Source: Macrostomum lignano
Lineage: Eukaryota
Assembly (NCBI GenBank): GCA_002269645.1
Contig: NIVC01000414.1
Coordinates: forward strand, 248,001 to 312,000
Length of the DNA stretch: 64,000 nucleotides
Reading direction: 5' to 3'
Both the position numbers and the translations under genes were made by a program. Each line of letters starts with the position of its first letter. Position 1 is the stretch's first letter. Below the pieces are notes generated by a model, which worked only from the letters and a program-made list of their open reading frames with translations, had not been told where the DNA came from and made no database searches. This document shows positions 59,501 to 64,000 of the stretch, piece after piece.

Positions 59501-62500
59501 TGCACTAAAAAGCTGCTTGAATATTTTAGTACTGTATGTACTTGAAAGGCGTGCCAGTAGCCTATACGGCTACCTACTGTAAGTAGCTCTAACCGCTTTT
59601 TTATGACGCAGAAATTACAGAAGAAAACATTTTTTTGTTTAGAAAATGCATTTTCATCGCATTCAAATCGTAATTATTAAAGTCTAATTGGAAATTAAAG
59701 TTCCGATTCAAAACCAACAGTTTTGCGATAAAAATGCAACGCGATTTTGCGATTTATAACAAAATCTTAAGTTAAACGTAATGACATGCTATTTATTAAT
59801 AATCTATTATAACAAATAAGTGCTATAAAATTAGACAAAGGTTTACCTCTCTAACCCATAACGGTTTGCCTGCTTTAAAATTGGCTGCGATAGATGAAAA
59901 ACTCATTGCACCTGAGCTCAGCGTCACGACACCGCGCAGCTTTAGCTCAGGTTGCACTCGACCAATTTTAAAAACAAAATCCACCGCAGAGGTCGCAAGG
60001 TGCTTGAGAACCGCTCCATCGCTGATGATGAGCGAATCAACACGCTGGAGGAGCAGCTCAAAGAGGCCAAGTACATCGCCGAGGACGCCGACCGGAAGTA
60101 CGATGAGGCGGCCAGGAAGCTGGCTATCACGGAGGGCGACCTTGAGCGGGCTGAGTCGCGACTTGAGAGCGCTGAGAGGTGATGAGGCTGCGTTTGAAGG
60201 AAGCTGACTTGAGAGCACAGATACTTGAAACACTGGATGGGCCGCTCGCCTTAGTTAGTGACAACTGCTAACGTACTTGTAAAGTCAGGTATAATATGGC
60301 ATGATTTTGATTAGTTTCAACAAGTTATTGTCTATGGCTAGAACCGAAAAAAACAATTAGAACGCACCCAGGGGCGTAGCCAAGGGGGCAGGGGGTTCCT
60401 CTAGTTGGTGCTGGCGCCCCTTGGTGCTGGCGCCCCTTGGTGCTGGCGCCCCTTGGTGCTGGCGCCCCTTGGTGCTGGCGCCCCTTGGTGCTGGCGCTTC
60501 TTGGTGCTGGCGCCCCTTGGTGCTGGCGCCCCTTGGTGCTGGCGCCCCTTGGTGCTGGCGCCCCTTGGTGCTGGCGCCCCTTGGTGCTGGCGCTTCTTGG
60601 TGCTGGCGCCCCTTGGTGCTGGCGCCCCTTGGTGCTGGCGCCCCTTGGTGCTGGCGCCCCTTGGTGCTGGCGCCCCTTGGTGCTGGCGCCCCTTAGTGCT
60701 GGCGCCCCTTGGTGCAAGCAATATACAAAGACATCAGGCTAAAGCAAACAAACTTCATTGCCTACATCTAGATAGCGAGAGGCCCATCCAATGTTCGGAA
60801 TGAGTTCAATCTGTGACCGAGAGTCCTTCCTAGTGGCAGAATCTGAAGCGTTTACCCTGCCCAACGCATGCCCTCATCTTTGGCAACAAACTTTTTTTGC
60901 GAATAACTTAGTCATATCTAACACGCTTGTTTACCACACAGTTTGCAAATTTTTAAACGTTGATTCAGTGTTGCATGCTTGATTTTCTGCTTGACTGTGA
61001 TGTTACTAACCTTGCATCGTGTCCACCTGGAGCAGGTGTACAAGCGCTACTCAGAGGTGGACAAAGAGGTGGATGAGGCCGAGGAGCGCGCCTCTGTGGC
61101 CACCGCCAAGGCGCGTCAGCTCCGCGACGAGCTGACCATCGTGAACATCAATCTGAGGTCGCTGCAGTACAGCGAGGAGAAGGTCTGAAATTCTCATGCT
61201 CACCAGCTATTAGTGTAGGGGGGGGGTGGCAGAGGTTCAAAGCGTTGACGGACAACAAAAGTACACGCAGAAGGTATCTCTGCTTTTCAGCAAGGGAAAC
61301 AAGCGACAATGGCATGCTGCAATAATGTTTATAACCTGTTGCTTTTTGAGTAAGAATTTTATGAGCATATACAATTCAAACATGCTGATGGTTGCGTTGA
61401 CATGTCAGTTTGTTACTCGAGTTGATACTATTGCTTATTGATTATTGTTCGCGCCTAAATGCCTAAAAATTGTTTTTAATGTTTGTATCCTGGTGTAATC
61501 CTCGTTTTCGCCGCTCAAATGCAACTTGGAATTCTATTATCGCACTTTCTGTATCTTTTAATCTGAAACCGCCACTCTGATCCTAAATTCTGATCATTAA
61601 ACCCTAATCCAGATCCCCAAACCCACTCTGATCCCAATCCAGATCCCCAAACCCACTCTGATCCCAATCCAGATCCTCAAACCCACTCTGATCCCAATCC
61701 AGATCCCCAAACCCACTCTGATCCCAATCCAGATCCTCAAACCCACTCTGATCCCAATCCCGATCCCCAAACCCACTCTGATCCCAATCCAGATCCTCAA
61801 ACCCACTCCAGATCCTCAAACCCACTCCAGATCCTCAAACCCACTCCAGATCCTCAAACCCAATCCAGATCCCCAAACCCACTCTGATCCCAATCCAGAT
61901 CCTCAAACAAACTCTGATCCCAATCTAGATTCCCAAACCCACTCTGATCCCAATCTAGATCCCCAAACCCACTCTGATCCCAATCCAGATCCTCAAACCC
62001 ACTCTGATCCCAATCCAGATCCTCAAACCCACTCTGATCCCAATCCAGATCCTCAAACCCACTCTGATCCCAATCCAGATCCCCAAACCCACTCTGATCC
62101 CAATCTAGATCCTCAAACCCACTCTGATCCCAATCCAGATCCTCAAACCCACTCTGATCCCAATCCAGATCCCCAAACCCACTCTGATCCCAATCCAGAT
62201 CCTCAAACCCACTCTGATCCCAATCCCGATCCCCAAACCCACTCTGATCCCAATCCCGATCCCCAAACCCACTCTGATCCCAATCTAGATCCCCAAACCC
62301 ACTCTGATCCCAATCCAGATCCTCAAACCCACTCTGATCCCAATCCAGATCCCCAAACCCACTCTGATCCCAATCCAGATCCTCAAACCCACTCTGATCC
62401 CAATCCAGATCCTCAAACCCACTCTGATCCCAATCCAGATCCCCAAACCCACTCTGATCCCAATCCAGATCCTCAAACCCACTCTGATTCCAATCCCGAT

Positions 62501-63847
62501 CCCCAAACCCACTCTGATCCCAATCCCGATCCCCAAACCCACTCTGATCCCAATCTAGATCCCCAAACCCACTCTGATCCCAATCCAGATCCTCAAACCC
62601 ACTCCAGATCCTCAAACCCACTCCAGATCCTCAAACCCAATCCAGATCCCCAAACCCACTCTGATCCCAATCCAGATCCTCAAACAAACTCTGATCCCAA
62701 TCCAGATCCTCAAACAAACTCTGATCCCAATCTAGATTCCCAAACCCACTCTGATCCCAATCTAGATTCCCAAACCCACTCTGATCCCAATCTAGATCCC
62801 CAAACCCACTCTGATCCCAATCTAGATCCCCAAACCAACTCTGATCCCAATCCAGATCCCCAAACCCACTCTGATCCCAATCCAGATCCCCAAACCCACT
62901 CTGATCCCAATCCCGATCCCCAAACCAACTCTGATCCCAATCCCGATCCCCAAACCCACTCTGATCCCAATCCCGATCCCCAAACCCACTCTGATCCCAA
63001 TCCAGATCCCCAAACCCACTCTGATCCCAATCCAGATCCCCAAACCCACTCTGATCCCAATCCAGATCCCCAAACCCACTCTGATCCCAATCCAGATCCC
63101 CAAACCCACTCTGATCCCAATCCCGATCCCCAAACCCACTCTGATCCCAATCCAGATCCTCAAACCCACTCTGATCCCAATCCCCCCAAACCCACTCTGA
63201 TCCCAATCCAGATCCCCAAACCAACTCTGATCCCAATCCCGATCCCCAAACCCACTCAGATCCCAATCTAGATCCTTAAACCCACTCTGATCCCAATCCA
63301 GATCCCCAAACCCACTCTGATCCCAATCTAGATCCCCAAACCCACTCTGATCCCCATCCCGATCCCCAAACCCACTCTGATCCCAATCCAGATCCCCAAA
63401 CCCACTCTGATCCCAATCCCGATCCCCAAACCCACTCTGATCCCAATCCAGATCCTCAAACCCACTCTGATCCCAATCCCCCCAAACCCACTCTGATCCC
63501 AATCCAGATCCCCAAACCAACTCTGATCCCAATCCCGATCCCCAAACCCACTCAGATCCCAATCTAGATCCTTAAACCCACTCTGATCCCAATCCAGATC
63601 CCCAAACCCACTCTGATCCCAATCTAGATCCCCAAACCCACTCTGATCCCCATCCCGATCCCCAAACCCACTCTGATCCCAAGCCGCTAATCCAACCAAA
63701 TTCTGCAGCAAAATCCTTGAGCTCGAAGAGGAGCTCCGAGTGGTCGGCAGCAACATGAAGTCCTTGGAGATCTCTGAGCAGGAAGCCGCCCAGCGTGAGG
63801 AGTCCTACGAGGAGACCATCCGGAACTTGTCCGAACGACTCAAGACC
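56576..63847 (+). CDS. TPM: Tropomyosin, long isoform (aa 1-234 in window); exons 56576-56637, 56870-57047, 58227-58360, 59990-60178, 63709-63847; continues beyond window
   Basis: [72 protein letters not shown] and [20 protein letters not shown]; all GT-AG and phase-consistent. Confidence 0.95.
57326..57469 (+). CDS. TPM: Alternative first exon (1b type) of a short tropomyosin isoform
   Basis: [28 protein letters not shown], then donor gtaggt; phase 0 into exon 58227. Confidence 0.85.
58599..58716 (+). CDS. Divergent alternative tropomyosin exon (equivalent to aa 126-164)
   Basis: [28 protein letters not shown] aligns with [28 protein letters not shown]; 118 nt, entered in phase 2. Confidence 0.75.
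58900..59484. mobile_element. Degenerate hAT-type MITE enclosing a GA-rich low-complexity tract
   Basis: Left end caggggtgggcaaac..gcgggccagat; right end gggccgga..gaaaccccga; partial flanking similarity tctgta. Confidence 0.35.
60405..60713. repeat. 17-bp tandem array (ccttggtgctggcgccc) x about 18, preceded by a caggggcgtagcca MITE-like end
   Basis: Direct reading. Confidence 0.9.
61036..61182 (+). CDS. Divergent alternative tropomyosin exon (equivalent to aa 165-213)
   Basis: [49 protein letters not shown] aligns in register with [31 protein letters not shown]; 147 nt, phase 0/0. Confidence 0.7.
61600..63682. repeat. 30-bp tandem array (gatccccaaacccactctgatcccaatcca), about 70 copies, intronic
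   Basis: Direct reading; it produces the spurious [10 protein letters not shown] and GIRVGL ORFs. Confidence 0.95.
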
Positions 63848-64000
63848 GTGAGACCCGCCTGCATGAGTCGCGAGAAAGACATTCAGAAAACTTGTTTTAT
63901 TCAAAAAATATTGATTTTAGTTGCCAGGCCAGGCGTTTCCCCCCGATTCATTTCTACAGCATGCCATGGTTGCTTGTTTTTTTTGCGCGTGTTTTAGAAT

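Overview
Eukaryotic (metazoan) genomic DNA, very repeat-rich. Tropomyosin sequence and gene style suggest a lophotrochozoan, possibly a free-living flatworm; this is inference. Host genes: the 3' end of an H6PD/6-phosphogluconolactonase-like gene (0.5-1.8 kb), a 9-exon ankyrin plus tandem dual protein-kinase gene (4.6-11.3 kb), two PAN/apple plus C-type lectin paralogues (43-45 kb and 51-52 kb), a Ly6/CD59-like gene (47.6-48 kb) and a tropomyosin gene with alternative exons (56.6 kb to beyond the window). From about 12 to 43 kb lies a mobile-element cluster dominated by two divergent, partly decayed Polinton/Maverick (adintovirus-like) elements. Both carry pPolB, double jelly-roll MCP, adenain-like protease, A32/FtsK-like ATPase and three colinear uncharacterised genes, and Gypsy LTR remnants lie between them. 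The most striking feature is that element 1 encodes its own TATA-binding-protein (TBP) homologue and a tandem PC4/SUB1-domain protein, two host-like basal transcription factors, and has a TATA box upstream of the gene cluster. A mariner fragment, a tRNA-derived SINE with a target-site duplication and more than 15 tandem arrays are also present. No CRISPR, rRNA or intact tRNA genes were seen. All family assignments come from motif recognition by eye; no database searches were run.
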